From assembly GCA_964499365.1 (NCBI GenBank), contig CAZCKU010000014.1, positions 27,136-91,135 on the forward strand: a DNA stretch of 64,000 nt, given 5' to 3'. Positions 8,560 through 17,899 of the stretch are shown here, piece after piece (within the stretch, counting starts at the first letter, position 1; each line of letters starts with the position of its first letter). Source of the stretch: an uncultured Thermodesulfovibrio sp. (lineage in GTDB: Bacteria; Nitrospirota; Thermodesulfovibrionia; Thermodesulfovibrionales; UBA6898). The position numbers and the translations under genes are program-made. A model generated the notes under the pieces. That model made no database searches. It was not told where the DNA came from and was given only the letters and a program-made list of their open reading frames with translations.

Positions 8560-9221
8560 TGCAGCTGTCCCTCCCGTTTACCGGTGATCAGGAATCCCTC
8601 CAGGCGCGTCTGAGAAAACTGACAGCGGCCGATATCAGGCTGACGCTGACTGATAACGCGTCGAGCATGATCTCCTTCAGAAGGGAGCAGGGCGTCACCC
8701 TTCTGCGGCTCCACCGGATGTTCCTGAAGGCCGGACCGGAGGTCATTGATGAGATCGCCCGCTTTACCCGAAACACGAGGCTGAAGACCCCCCTGATACG
8801 GCAGTTTATCAGGGAACATGCGGGTGCCCTGCCGGTCAGGCCTCCCAGGAAGACGGTCCTGACTACCCGCGGACGATACCACGACCTTGGGGCGCTGGCG
8901 CGGACCGTGAACCATCAGTACTTCGACGGCAGGATAGCTGCCGGAATAACCTGGGGCACCCGGAAGACGGGCCACGCGGTCAGGCGCAGGATACTCGGGA
9001 GCTATAACAGCCGCACCAATACCATACGGATCAACCCGGTACTCGACAGGAAGAACGTCCCGAAGTATTATCTTGAGTTTATCATCTACCATGAGATGCT
9101 CCATGCCGATATGGGCGTCGGCAGGAAGAACGGCAGGCGGGAAGTGCATTCCCGCGAATTCAGGCGGCGGGAAAGACTGTTCAGCCATTTTGAGAAGGCA
9201 CTCCTGTGGGAGAAAAATTAA
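8559..9221 (+). CDS. SprT-like zinc metalloprotease-fold protein
   Basis: LGSYNSRTNTIRINPVL...LEFIIYHEMLHAD (HExxH)...HSREFRRRE. The start overlaps the EndoQ-like stop by 1 nt (TGATG). Confidence 0.55.
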   Translation: MQLSLPFTGDQESLQARLRKLTAADIRLTLTDNASSMISFRREQGVTLLRLHRMFLKAGPEVIDEIARFTRNTRLKTPLIRQFIREHAGALPVRPPRKTVLTTRGRYHDLGALARTVNHQYFDGRIAAGITWGTRKTGHAVRRRILGSYNSRTNTIRINPVLDRKNVPKYYLEFIIYHEMLHADMGVGRKNGRREVHSREFRRRERLFSHFEKALLWEKN

Positions 9222-9245
9222 TAAAAAAAAAGGTAACATAACAGC

Positions 9246-9710
9246 ATGACGCACGAGCATAAACCAGAAGTCGAAATATTTGCCGACGGCGCCTGCAGCG
9301 GGAACCCCGGACCCGGGGGGTTCGGAGCGATACTGCGTTCGGGCCACCGTGCCAAGGAACTCTCGGGCTGCGAGGCGATGACCACGAATAACCGGATGGA
9401 ACTGATGGGCATCATCACCGCCCTGGAGGCGCTGAAGAAGCCCTGCAGGGTCAGGGTTACGACCGATTCGACGTATGTGGTCAAGGGCATGACCGAGTGG
9501 ATATCCGGCTGGATAAAGAACAGATGGAGGAACTCTCAGAAAAAGGAGGTTCTGAACCGCGACCTTTGGGAGCGGCTGCTCGCGGCCTCGGAGCCCCACG
9601 ACATTGAATGGCTCTGGATCAGGGGGCATAACGGCCACGCTGAAAACGAGCGGTGCGACGAACTGGCCCGTCAGTGCATTATTGATTTCAGGAGCAACGG
9701 GGGGGCATGA
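9246..9710 (+). CDS. rnhA: ribonuclease HI
   Basis: [15 protein letters not shown]...[16 protein letters not shown]...TDSTYVV...W...[16 protein letters not shown] carries the full set of RNase H catalytic motifs. Confidence 0.9.
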   Translation: MTHEHKPEVEIFADGACSGNPGPGGFGAILRSGHRAKELSGCEAMTTNNRMELMGIITALEALKKPCRVRVTTDSTYVVKGMTEWISGWIKNRWRNSQKKEVLNRDLWERLLAASEPHDIEWLWIRGHNGHAENERCDELARQCIIDFRSNGGA

Positions 9711-10948
9711 AGAGACCTGAACTCCTCGCGCCTGCAGGCGACCTCGAAAAACTCAGGACCGCCATCCATTACGGCGCCGACGCGGTCTATCTCGGCGACT
9801 CCCGTTTCAGTCTCCGCGGCAAGGCCGGGAATTTCGGACCGGACGAGCTGGGCAGCGCGGTCCGCTATGCCCATGACCACGGGGCGAGGGCCTATGTCAC
9901 GGTCAATATCTTCCCGCATAACCGCGACCTTGCAGGGATAGAAGAACATATCGGCCTGCTGGCAGAGATAAAGCCGGACGCCGTGATCCTCTCCGACCCG
10001 GGCGTATTCTCGCTCGTCAGAGAGAGGGCCCCGGAAATCGATATCCATATAAGCACCCAGGCGAACATCACGAATGCGGCGGCGGTGAGGTTCTGGGAGG
10101 GACTTGGGGCAAAGAGGCTCGTCTTGTCCCGGGAGCTGTCGATCGATGAGATCAGGGAGATCAGGCAGCAGAGCAGCATCGAGCTGGAGACTTTTGTCCA
10201 TGGTTCGATCTGCATCTCCTATTCCGGCCGGTGCTATATCAGCAGTTTTCTCACCTCGCGCAGCGCCAACACCGGGGAATGTACGAACTCCTGCAGGTGG
10301 AACTATACCCTGATGGAAGAGAAGCGGCCCGGTGAACATTTTCCTGTTTTTGAGGATGAACGGGGCACGTATATCATGAGCTCACGGGACCTCTGCATGG
10401 TCGAACATCTCCATCTCCTGGCCCGTGCAGGCGTCAGCAGCTTTAAGATCGAGGGCAGGATGAAGGGCATCAATTATGTGGCCGGCGTGGTGAAGACATA
10501 CCGCGAGGCGATCGACGCGATCCGCGACGGTTCTGTGTATGCGGCAGACGAGCGCTGGCTGCGGGAGCTCGCGATGTTCAGCAGCAGGGGCTATACCACC
10601 GGGATGTTCTTCGGCAGACAGGCTGATACTGATTACAATTTTGACGGTGAAAGCTACCGGATGAGCCACGAGCTGGTCGGCGTGGTCGGGGACGTTCTGG
10701 ACGGAAGGGCGCGGGTCGAGCTCAGGAACCGGATCGATGCATCGGACATGGTCGAATATCTCACCCCTGGTCTTGAGGGCCGGCGGTTTGAGGTCCTGGA
10801 CATGACCGACGCGGAGGGATCGCCGCTGACCACGGCACGCAATGAGGATACGGTCTTCATCAGCGTGCCGGAGGGGGTAAGGAAAGACGACCTCATACGG
10901 CGCGACAGGGATTTCAGATCCGCACGGAAGGAGCAGCACTGTCCATGA
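9707..10948 (+). CDS. peptidase U32 family protein (RlhA/TrhP-type)
   Basis: [30 protein letters not shown], followed by the [10 protein letters not shown] Cys-rich segment typical of U32. ATGA overlap with rnhA. Confidence 0.85.
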   Translation: MKRPELLAPAGDLEKLRTAIHYGADAVYLGDSRFSLRGKAGNFGPDELGSAVRYAHDHGARAYVTVNIFPHNRDLAGIEEHIGLLAEIKPDAVILSDPGVFSLVRERAPEIDIHISTQANITNAAAVRFWEGLGAKRLVLSRELSIDEIREIRQQSSIELETFVHGSICISYSGRCYISSFLTSRSANTGECTNSCRWNYTLMEEKRPGEHFPVFEDERGTYIMSSRDLCMVEHLHLLARAGVSSFKIEGRMKGINYVAGVVKTYREAIDAIRDGSVYAADERWLRELAMFSSRGYTTGMFFGRQADTDYNFDGESYRMSHELVGVVGDVLDGRARVELRNRIDASDMVEYLTPGLEGRRFEVLDMTDAEGSPLTTARNEDTVFISVPEGVRKDDLIRRDRDFRSARKEQHCP

Positions 10949-11433
10949 CGCCAAAGGGTCAGGACCCGCTCCGGACGCAGGACTCTGACCAGGGGACGTT
11001 GTCCCGCTGTATCCTCTGCAGCACGTATATCGATAAGAAAGAGGCGTTTGCGTGCCCGCGCTGCAGGAAGGGCCCCCTCTGCAAAACGCACCGCTTTCCG
11101 GGCAGGCGGGAATGCACCAGCTGCGTCTTCGAACTGAAGCACCGGCAGGCCACTGATCTGCGGAAGCAGGAGCAGAGCATCGCCGACTTTCTCCGGTTCC
11201 TTCAGTTCATCTTCCTTGTCTTTGCCGTATTCTTTGTAGCGGCCAGATCAGGTCTTCTTGCCTTTGTCGAATTTCTTCAGGAGAACATCGTCAGCAGCAA
11301 CCTCGCATGGTTCGGCGTTCTTCCTCTTGCCGGGTATTTACTATTTTATATAATTCTGTATAATCAAAGGAGCAAGATTAAGGAGATAGAGGCAGAAATG
11401 CACGCTATGGAATTCAAAAGGATGGTCAAGTAG
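10945..11433 (+). CDS. zinc-ribbon membrane protein, function unknown
   Basis: CILCSTY...CPRCRKGPLCKTH...CTSC Cys pairs, then two hydrophobic helices. ATGA overlap with the U32 gene. Confidence 0.4.
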   Translation: MTPKGQDPLRTQDSDQGTLSRCILCSTYIDKKEAFACPRCRKGPLCKTHRFPGRRECTSCVFELKHRQATDLRKQEQSIADFLRFLQFIFLVFAVFFVAARSGLLAFVEFLQENIVSSNLAWFGVLPLAGYLLFYIILYNQRSKIKEIEAEMHAMEFKRMVK

Positions 11434-11437
11434 AGAT

Positions 11438-13150
11438 ATGGGGACGCACAGGGTTCTGGTTATCGATGAGGAGAAGAGTTCGGTCAGTGTCTTTGGCAAG
11501 GCGCTTGAGCCGAAGGGCATCGACGTCTTTGTCCTGGATACTCCTGACAAGGGCATCGAAAAGGCGATCGAGATAGAGCCCGATCTGATCTTTGTCAATC
11601 TCATCTTCCAGGAATCGAACGGCTTGAAGGTGAGCAAGCTGATCCATGCGGTCGAGAAACTCAGGAAGGTCCCGATCATCATGCTCCTCTCCCACAAAAG
11701 CGATCTCGATCCGAAGTATACGACGACGATCGGTGTGGTGGATGTGCTGATCAGACCTTTTACGCCTGAAGACATCCTCTCGAAGACGTTTGGCGCGCTT
11801 GGAATTCCCGCTGCCGAAGCCGCTGCCGTCGAGGAGGCCCCGGGTGTCATGGCGGTGGAGGACGAGCTGCAGGCCATGGCGGTGGATGAGTCTGCCGCGG
11901 CCTTGCCCGACTGGACCGGCGAACAGCCGGCGGAGGCAATGGTTGATTCTGTCCCCGCATCAGCGTTCGAATCAGCCCCCGAGTCGGTAACTGACTCACT
12001 AACCGAGTCAATGCCTGATTCTGTGTTTGAGCAGGAGTTCGTGGATGAGGCGGACAAACTCATCGACCGCTCGATCATCAGCCCCGGGGAGGGCAGAAGG
12101 AATATCTTCGACCTTGACGACGACCAGCCAAAGGACGATGTTATCCACCTCCGGAGGCATGAGGAGCCTGAGGCCGCTGACGGCGACATCTCCGGTCCTG
12201 ACGAAAAATTTAATGAGGAGATTGCGATGGAAGAACGGAACCTTTTTGATGAGGATGCAGACAGGAAAAAGGATGCGATACATAGATCGTTCGAGGATGA
12301 GCTTGAAGATACGGAGAAGGACGAGATGCTGCGGCATGAGCCCTCCGACGACGCGGACGTTTATGAAGAAGAGCTGCCTGAGGAAGAAAAGCCCGGAACC
12401 GGGAAGAAGGTCCTGCTGGCCGTTGGCGGCGTGGTCCTGATCGCTGGTCTCGGACTCGGCGCTTATGTCGTCAAAAAGACCTATTTCAGGGACCAGACCG
12501 TCAAGGTCGCACCCCTCCAGAAACAGGAAGTGGTCAGGGAGACCCTTCCTCCTCCTGCCGCGGTGAATGCTCCTGAAAAACCTGCTGCCCCAGCCGCACC
12601 TGCGGTGTCGCCGGATGCGAAGGTGCTTCCGCCTGCAGCCGTAACCGCAAAGAATGAACCCGCAGTTCCTGCACCAGCCGCAACCCCTGCACCTGCAGCC
12701 CAGAAAGAGCCGGAAAAGGCTAAGGCAGCCCCGGCTAAGCCCGCTGAGCAGAAGCCGGCCGCAGCCCCTGCGGTAAAAGAGACCGCCAAAACGAAGGCAG
12801 AGGCCAGGCCGGAGGCCGCGGCCAGGGCAGCTGATTCTAAAGACACGAAGAAGACCGCCAAAGAGAAGAAAAAAGAGGCGAAGGCCGCAAAGGCCAAGGC
12901 CGCCGGCAAGTTTGCGGTCCAGGCCGGTTACTTCGAGAGTGAAAAGAATGCACAGTCCCTTGTCGCTACGCTGAAGGAGAAGGGCTATGAGGCCTACGTG
13001 CTGAAGAATGAGGTTGCCGGCACAGGGTCCGAGACCAGGACATTTCACCGGGTCCTGATCGGCACGTTCGACACCGGCAGGAAGGCGGCCGCCTACGCCC
13101 GCGAGCTGAAGCAGAAGGACAATCTGTCTGTCGTCATCTTTCGCCAGTAG
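11438..13150 (+). CDS. pseudo-receiver / acidic linker / TM / Pro-Ala-Lys-rich linker / SPOR-domain protein
   Basis: N-terminal CheY-like fold with Asn where the phospho-Asp should be (DLIFVNL) and RPF instead of KPF. One TM helix, VLLAVGGVVLIAGLGLGAYVV. The C-terminal FAVQAGYFESEKNAQSLVATLKEKGYEAYV...RVLIGTF is a SPOR domain. Confidence 0.7.
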   Translation: MGTHRVLVIDEEKSSVSVFGKALEPKGIDVFVLDTPDKGIEKAIEIEPDLIFVNLIFQESNGLKVSKLIHAVEKLRKVPIIMLLSHKSDLDPKYTTTIGVVDVLIRPFTPEDILSKTFGALGIPAAEAAAVEEAPGVMAVEDELQAMAVDESAAALPDWTGEQPAEAMVDSVPASAFESAPESVTDSLTESMPDSVFEQEFVDEADKLIDRSIISPGEGRRNIFDLDDDQPKDDVIHLRRHEEPEAADGDISGPDEKFNEEIAMEERNLFDEDADRKKDAIHRSFEDELEDTEKDEMLRHEPSDDADVYEEELPEEEKPGTGKKVLLAVGGVVLIAGLGLGAYVVKKTYFRDQTVKVAPLQKQEVVRETLPPPAAVNAPEKPAAPAAPAVSPDAKVLPPAAVTAKNEPAVPAPAATPAPAAQKEPEKAKAAPAKPAEQKPAAAPAVKETAKTKAEARPEAAARAADSKDTKKTAKEKKKEAKAAKAKAAGKFAVQAGYFESEKNAQSLVATLKEKGYEAYVLKNEVAGTGSETRTFHRVLIGTFDTGRKAAAYARELKQKDNLSVVIFRQ

Positions 13151-13190
13151 GGCTTTGAGTTACCCCCAACGTCACGCACTTTGATTATTG

Positions 13191-13270
13191 GAGAAATCCC
13201 TCCTGACCTCCCTTTGCCAAAGGGAGGGAATTTTCCCCTCTTTGGCAAAGAGGGGCGAGGGGAGATTTTC
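13191..13270. repeat. twin-hairpin REP-like element
   Basis: Two perfect palindromes: CTCCCTTTG-C-CAAAGGGAG (13208-13226) and CCCCTCTTTG-G-CAAAGAGGGG (13235-13255). Sits 40 nt after the SPOR gene stop and may also act as a terminator. Confidence 0.7.
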
Positions 13271-13301
13271 AGGTGAATATATCCCTGACCGACGGAGACA
13301 T

Positions 13302-14666
13302 TTGAAGATATTCTTTTCAGGCATCGCCGGCAGCGGCGTCTCTGCAATCGCGGGCTTTATGGCCGGAAGAGGCCATGCAGTTTCCGGCTCCGACCGCCTG
13401 TTTGACCGGGAGCCCGGCCATCCCCTCAGGAGCATTTTTCTGCATAACGGCATTACCGTCGTCCGCCAGGACGGCAGCGGCCTTGATGCCTCCACCGACC
13501 TTGCCGTATTCAGCACCGCGGTAGAACAGGACAACCCCGATCTTGTCGCTGCCGCTGGCCTCAACATTCAGGTCAGGACCAGGCCGGAATACCTGGCGGA
13601 GATCGTCTCTGATTTCCGGACTATCGCAGTCGCCGGCACGAGCGGCAAGTCGACCACCTCGGGGATGCTCGCCTTTGTGATGCAGCGTCTCGGCATGGCC
13701 CCCAACTTCATTGGCGGCGGCAGGGTCAAAGAGTTCAGGACTCCTGAAAACCAGGGGAACTACCTTGTCGGCATGTCGGACCTGCTGGTCATAGAGGCCT
13801 GCGAATCCGACGGCAGCATCGTCAACTACCGGCCGCTCCACTCGATCATTGCGAACCTCGCGCTGGACCACCATTCGGTGGACGATACCTCTGCCCTGTT
13901 CGAGGCGCTTGCGGCGCATACCGCAGGGGTGGTCATTGCGGGCGCTGACGACGGCAACCTTGCACGCTGCAACCTCGGAAATGCCGTCGGCTATTCCATT
14001 GGCCGGAAGTCGGACTACCAGGCGACCGATATCGTCTATGCCCCGTTTTCTACCTCCTTCAGGGTGAGGGGACAGGCCTATGAACTCAACCTCCCCGGGA
14101 GATATAACCTCTATAACGCGCTCGCCTGCATCGCCCTGCTGTCGGAGATGGGGGCGCATGCCGCCGACATCGCGGCTGCACTGCCGCTGTTTTCTGGGGT
14201 TGAGCGGCGGTTCGACATTCACCTCAACGACAACAGACACCTGGTCCTTGACGACTATGCGCACAACCCGCACAAGATAGAAAGCCTGATGAAGACGATG
14301 CAGGGGATACGCCGGAGCGTCTGCTACATCTTCCAGCCGCACGGTTTCGGTCCGACCCGGATGATGCGGGAGGGCTATGTCGAGGTGTTCTCCCGGAACC
14401 TGCGCGACAGTGACCGCCTTGTCGTGCTCCCGATCTATTACGCGGGCGGTACCGCTGCAAAGGACATTTCGAGCGAGGATATTGCGGGACCGGTCACGGC
14501 TTCCGGCAGAACTGCCGCAGTCCTCGACCGCGAGGCGGTCATAGCCGGTCCCGGTGCCTGCGAGGCGTACGTTGTCCTGGGTGCGCGGGACGATTCGCTC
14601 TCTGACTTTGCGGAGAAGATAGCTGCTGCCCTGAAAGAGAACCGGCCGGCAGCCGGAGAAAGATGA
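13302..14666 (+). CDS. Mur ligase family protein (MurC/Mpl-like)
   Basis: Track ORF 13188..14666 trimmed to the in-frame TTG at 13302 (GGAG RBS upstream), because codons 1-38 are translated repeat element. KIFFSGIAGSGVSAIAGFMAGRGH Rossmann N-terminus, GTSGKSTTSGM P-loop, DDYAHNPHKI. Lying outside a dcw cluster favours Mpl. Confidence 0.75.
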   Translation: MKIFFSGIAGSGVSAIAGFMAGRGHAVSGSDRLFDREPGHPLRSIFLHNGITVVRQDGSGLDASTDLAVFSTAVEQDNPDLVAAAGLNIQVRTRPEYLAEIVSDFRTIAVAGTSGKSTTSGMLAFVMQRLGMAPNFIGGGRVKEFRTPENQGNYLVGMSDLLVIEACESDGSIVNYRPLHSIIANLALDHHSVDDTSALFEALAAHTAGVVIAGADDGNLARCNLGNAVGYSIGRKSDYQATDIVYAPFSTSFRVRGQAYELNLPGRYNLYNALACIALLSEMGAHAADIAAALPLFSGVERRFDIHLNDNRHLVLDDYAHNPHKIESLMKTMQGIRRSVCYIFQPHGFGPTRMMREGYVEVFSRNLRDSDRLVVLPIYYAGGTAAKDISSEDIAGPVTASGRTAAVLDREAVIAGPGACEAYVVLGARDDSLSDFAEKIAAALKENRPAAGER

Positions 14667-14781
14667 AGACCATGGATCTGAAGATCGTCACGTTCCACGA
14701 AGGTTTCAGGGCGGATGGCCGGCAGGAGCTCACGGGTGACCGGTGCGGCCCGGCACCGCGTTGTCTGAATGAGGAAAGCAG

Positions 14782-15207
14782 ATGAAAGAGACATTAAGAC
14801 CCGGCATTGAATCTGAATTTGCTTTTACTATCCCGGAGTCGAAGACCGTCCCGGCTCTCTATCCGGAGTCAGCAGAATTCCAGGAAATGCCGGAAGTGTT
14901 TGCGACCGGCTTTATGGTTGGTTTTCTGGAATGGGCATGCATAAAGGCGATTAACCCGTATCTCGACTGGCCGGACGAGCAGACTGTGGGAACGCATATC
15001 GACGTCAGTCATGTAGCCGCAACGCCGCCGGGATTCCAGGTAACGGCAAAGGTAAAACTGATCGAGGTCGATGGCAGGCGGTTGCTGTTTTACGTAGAGG
15101 CACACGACGGCGTCGACCTGATCTCGAAGGGAACACACGAACGGTTCATTATAAAAAAAGATAGATTCGACTCAAAGATGAAGGAGAAGATAACCCGGAG
15201 GGCATAG
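14782..15207 (+). CDS. hotdog-fold thioesterase (FlK-like)
   Basis: VFATGFMVGFLEWACIKAI...GTHIDVSHVAATPPG...GTHERFII follows the pattern of the fluoroacetyl-CoA thioesterase-like family. Confidence 0.6.
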   Translation: MKETLRPGIESEFAFTIPESKTVPALYPESAEFQEMPEVFATGFMVGFLEWACIKAINPYLDWPDEQTVGTHIDVSHVAATPPGFQVTAKVKLIEVDGRRLLFYVEAHDGVDLISKGTHERFIIKKDRFDSKMKEKITRRA

Positions 15208-15430
15208 CTGCAAGCGCACGGGGACGGCCCCCATGCACCTGAAACATCTGTCCTTGGTGCAAGGCCGTTTGCGCCGGACACCGCGGCCGGAAGAGGCTTC
15301 TCACGAGGTGCAGCCCTTCACCGTGACGCTTACGAGAGGATGCAATACTGGTGTTTCCGATGCTATTATTGAAAAAGATATGCCATGGCATTACGGGGCA
15401 GGCAGAACGAACTACTCATAAGGAGCACGT

Positions 15431-15706
15431 ATGGTAACCTCAATTATTCTCATAACCGCCGAAAGAACAAAGATTAACGAAGTGGCCGAGCAGTTGGCTG
15501 AAATTGACGGGATATCAGAGGCCTATTCCGTCAGCGGCAGCTACGACATCATCGCGATCGCCAGGGTCCCGTCGAATGACGACCTTGCCCAGCTCGTTAC
15601 GAACAAACTGCTGGGTATCAAGGCCATCATCAAGACTGAAACCCTGCTCGCGTTTAAGGCATATTCCCGCCATGACCTTGAGGCCATGTTTGAGGTGGGG
15701 ATGTAA
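15431..15706 (+). CDS. Lrp/AsnC ligand-binding (RAM) domain protein, stand-alone
   Basis: 91 aa. SIILITAE...EIDGISEAYSVSGSYDIIAIARV...TETLLAF is the AsnC_trans_reg fold pattern with no HTH domain. Confidence 0.7.
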   Translation: MVTSIILITAERTKINEVAEQLAEIDGISEAYSVSGSYDIIAIARVPSNDDLAQLVTNKLLGIKAIIKTETLLAFKAYSRHDLEAMFEVGM

Positions 15707-15712
15707 GCAGAC

Positions 15713-16225
15713 ATGGGAATACACACCAACCCGCGAAGCAGCATGCATCGAAGGAGAGTAAGGATAGAGCTTTTCATTATCTTCGTCCTGATGATGGCTG
15801 TTTATGTCCTGGCGACATACTATGACATTATGGAGAAGGTCGTAGAATATTCACGGCAGCATGAGCGATGGCAGGTGGACGAACTCCTTACCGTGGTCAT
15901 CTTCCTTGTCTTTGCGTTGTCGTTGTTTTCGCTTCGGCGGTGGCGGGATGTCATTGTTTCGGAAAGAGACCTTGCGCACCGCAACGAGGAACTTCAGAAG
16001 GCCTTGTCCGAGATAAAGCAGTTGAAAGGCATAATTCCGATCTGTTCAGGCTGCAAGAAGATCCGGCAGGATACGGGCTTCTGGCAGCATGTTGAAGAAT
16101 ATGTTCGCGATCACTCGGACGCGGAATTCAGCCACGGGATCTGTCCTGATTGCATGAAGCAACTCTATCCGAGTCTGCGTATACAACAGATGAAAAGAGA
16201 AAGCCCCCCTGCTGACATACAATAG
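15713..16225 (+). CDS. membrane protein with coiled coil and C-terminal CxxC...HGICPDC motif
   Basis: Two TM helices, a coiled coil, then GIIPICSGCKKIRQDTGFWQHVEEYVRDHSDAEFSHGICPDCMKQLYP. The start codon is uncertain. Confidence 0.5.
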   Translation: MGIHTNPRSSMHRRRVRIELFIIFVLMMAVYVLATYYDIMEKVVEYSRQHERWQVDELLTVVIFLVFALSLFSLRRWRDVIVSERDLAHRNEELQKALSEIKQLKGIIPICSGCKKIRQDTGFWQHVEEYVRDHSDAEFSHGICPDCMKQLYPSLRIQQMKRESPPADIQ

Positions 16226-16319
16226 GTAGGTGAGCGGTGCGGTCGCTGCGCCGGAGGGACCGCAGGCAACAGCCTGACGGCCCGCCCCTTTTCTTAACCT
16301 GACAAGCAAATAGGGCAAT

Positions 16320-16406
16320 GTCGTCATTGTCCGGCCTGCCGGCAGGCCGGGGAATCCAGGACCTATTGAAATACCTGGATTCCCCGATCAAGTCGTGGAA
16401 TGACAA
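16320..16406. repeat. composite palindromic repeat element
   Basis: A 20-nt perfect palindrome, CCGGCCTGCCGGCAGGCCGG (16331-16350). A 12-bp stem, GGGGAATCCAGG/CCTGGATTCCCC (16349-16360 and 16374-16385). The arm CCTGGATTCCCCGATCAAGTCGTGGAATGACA recurs inverted at 19552-19583. Confidence 0.7.
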
Positions 16407-16444
16407 CTCAGAAAGTTGCATGTACTTATTTGCCGGATTAACAG

Positions 16445-16879
16445 CTACAGTCTTTTTGCTTCCGCCCTGTTCAGGGCCATCCTCGCATCCAGCAGCTTTT
16501 TTGAATATTTCTGTATCTTCGGCATGTTCTTTCCTGCGATTGCCCTGAAGAGGTCTCCCTCTATCTCGGCGATGTCGAGCCGCATGTAGTAGTCGAGCGT
16601 CTCGAACATATGGGCCAGCACGATCATGCCGGTGATGACCGGGTGGTTGTTCGTCACGTTCGCCTCTTTGAAACGCGTCCCGTGCTCCAGTTCCACCTCA
16701 AGGCCTGTCCTGAACTGCTCGGGGTCGATCTTCAGCCCCGCGCTGTCGATCTGTTTGAGGACGATCTTTGCCTCCTTCAGGCTGATCTTCGGTTCTTTGA
16801 TCTTTGTCCAGTCGCTGAGTTTCAACTCCCTGCAGACCCTCTGCACTTCCTGCTTCGTCACATATTCAGGCAATTTCAT
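16445..16879 (-). CDS. conserved hypothetical protein
   Basis: 144-aa ORF with an AAGGAGG RBS. The GLEVELEHG motif and non-biased composition support coding. No family confidently recognised. Confidence 0.5.
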   Translation of the reverse strand: MKLPEYVTKQEVQRVCRELKLSDWTKIKEPKISLKEAKIVLKQIDSAGLKIDPEQFRTGLEVELEHGTRFKEANVTNNHPVITGMIVLAHMFETLDYYMRLDIAEIEGDLFRAIAGKNMPKIQKYSKKLLDARMALNRAEAKRL

Positions 16880-16918
16880 GAGACCTCCTTGCTTGCTGCT
16901 GGTTTGTTATATTCTATC

Positions 16919-16949
16919 AGAAAAAAGGCCGGGGTGCCTCCGGCCGGCA
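16919..16949 (-). terminator. rho-independent terminator candidate after the cyclase gene
   Basis: On the minus strand: GGCCGG-AGGCACC-CCGGCC hairpin followed by TTTTTT. Confidence 0.45.
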
Positions 16950-16970
16950 GTCGGTCCGCGGGTGTGGCCG

Positions 16971-17864
16971 TCAGACGAGACGGCGGCTGATAAGCGGCTC
17001 GAGCGTTGTCACAACCCTGCCCTTTTCGAAGATCGTTATCTTCCCGGTGCTTTCGGAGACGACGACTGCAACGGCAGCCGTCTTCCGGGTGATCCCGGCA
17101 GCAGAGCGGTGGCGGGCCCCGAGGCCCCTGAGCTGCTTCGAGGCAGCGCGCTCCGCGTTGAGGTTTCTGCCGGCCGCCTCGACGATGCCCTCAGACGAGA
17201 TGATGATCGCCCCGTCGAGCTGAGCAAGTTCCTTGATGCTCTCGACGACCTCCGGTCTCGTAATCATGCGCTCTTTCTTCGGGTATCCCTTGAACGGGTT
17301 GAAGACCAGCTGATGCGAGGAGTCCAGCACAGCGGCAGCGTCGCCGATGACAAAGGTGGTGCCAACCGGCTTTCCCTCCCGGCCGAGCGCGCCGATATCC
17401 AGGGCGATGTCGATGACCGCCATGATGATGTGAAACGCCCTGTTGCCGATGAGAGAGTGGACCTCGAAGGGGAAGTCCTCACTCCAGGAATGCGCGAGGT
17501 CGTGTATGGTTATGGTATCGAGATGGGCCTTGCCCGACGGCCCGAGCGCGCAGACGACCCTGCTGTCGGCCTCGATGATATTCTGAAGCACGCCGTGCAG
17601 GAAGGCATATTTGATGCGGGAGAAGCGTGACTGGTTTCCGGACCAGCTTCTGATGACCGGCAGCCCTGTTTTTTTCGGGCGCGGCGTGTGCAGCCCGCTG
17701 CTGCCGGGCACGACGAGGACGATTGCCCTCTCTCCGGCCAGCTCCGTTGTCAGAAACCACCGGCATTCGGCGTCCGAGTTGAGGAAGAGCAGCAGCTTCC
17801 GGCTGCCGGTCTCCCTGACAAGGTTCAGGGCATTTCTGATTATCGTGATTCTCTGGTCGCTCAT
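16971..17864 (-). CDS. diadenylate cyclase, CdaZ/DacZ-type (soluble N-terminal regulatory domain + DAC domain)
   Basis: C-terminal DAC motifs LDGAIIIS and GLGARHRSAAGIT...VVVSESTGKITIF. No TM helices. The N-terminal ~150 aa resemble the pyruvate-kinase-C-like domain I recall for CdaZ. Confidence 0.7.
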   Translation of the reverse strand: MSDQRITIIRNALNLVRETGSRKLLLFLNSDAECRWFLTTELAGERAIVLVVPGSSGLHTPRPKKTGLPVIRSWSGNQSRFSRIKYAFLHGVLQNIIEADSRVVCALGPSGKAHLDTITIHDLAHSWSEDFPFEVHSLIGNRAFHIIMAVIDIALDIGALGREGKPVGTTFVIGDAAAVLDSSHQLVFNPFKGYPKKERMITRPEVVESIKELAQLDGAIIISSEGIVEAAGRNLNAERAASKQLRGLGARHRSAAGITRKTAAVAVVVSESTGKITIFEKGRVVTTLEPLISRRLV

Positions 17865-17899
17865 GGCGTTATATTATAATACGACAGTCTGCAGGCGGC

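Noticed and set aside
12480-12900. Apparent repetitive Ala/Pro/Lys-rich stretch as a DNA tandem repeat or CRISPR-like array
   Set aside because: There is no fixed-period nucleotide repeat and no spacer structure. It is a compositionally biased linker within the SPOR protein. No CRISPR array was seen anywhere in the window.
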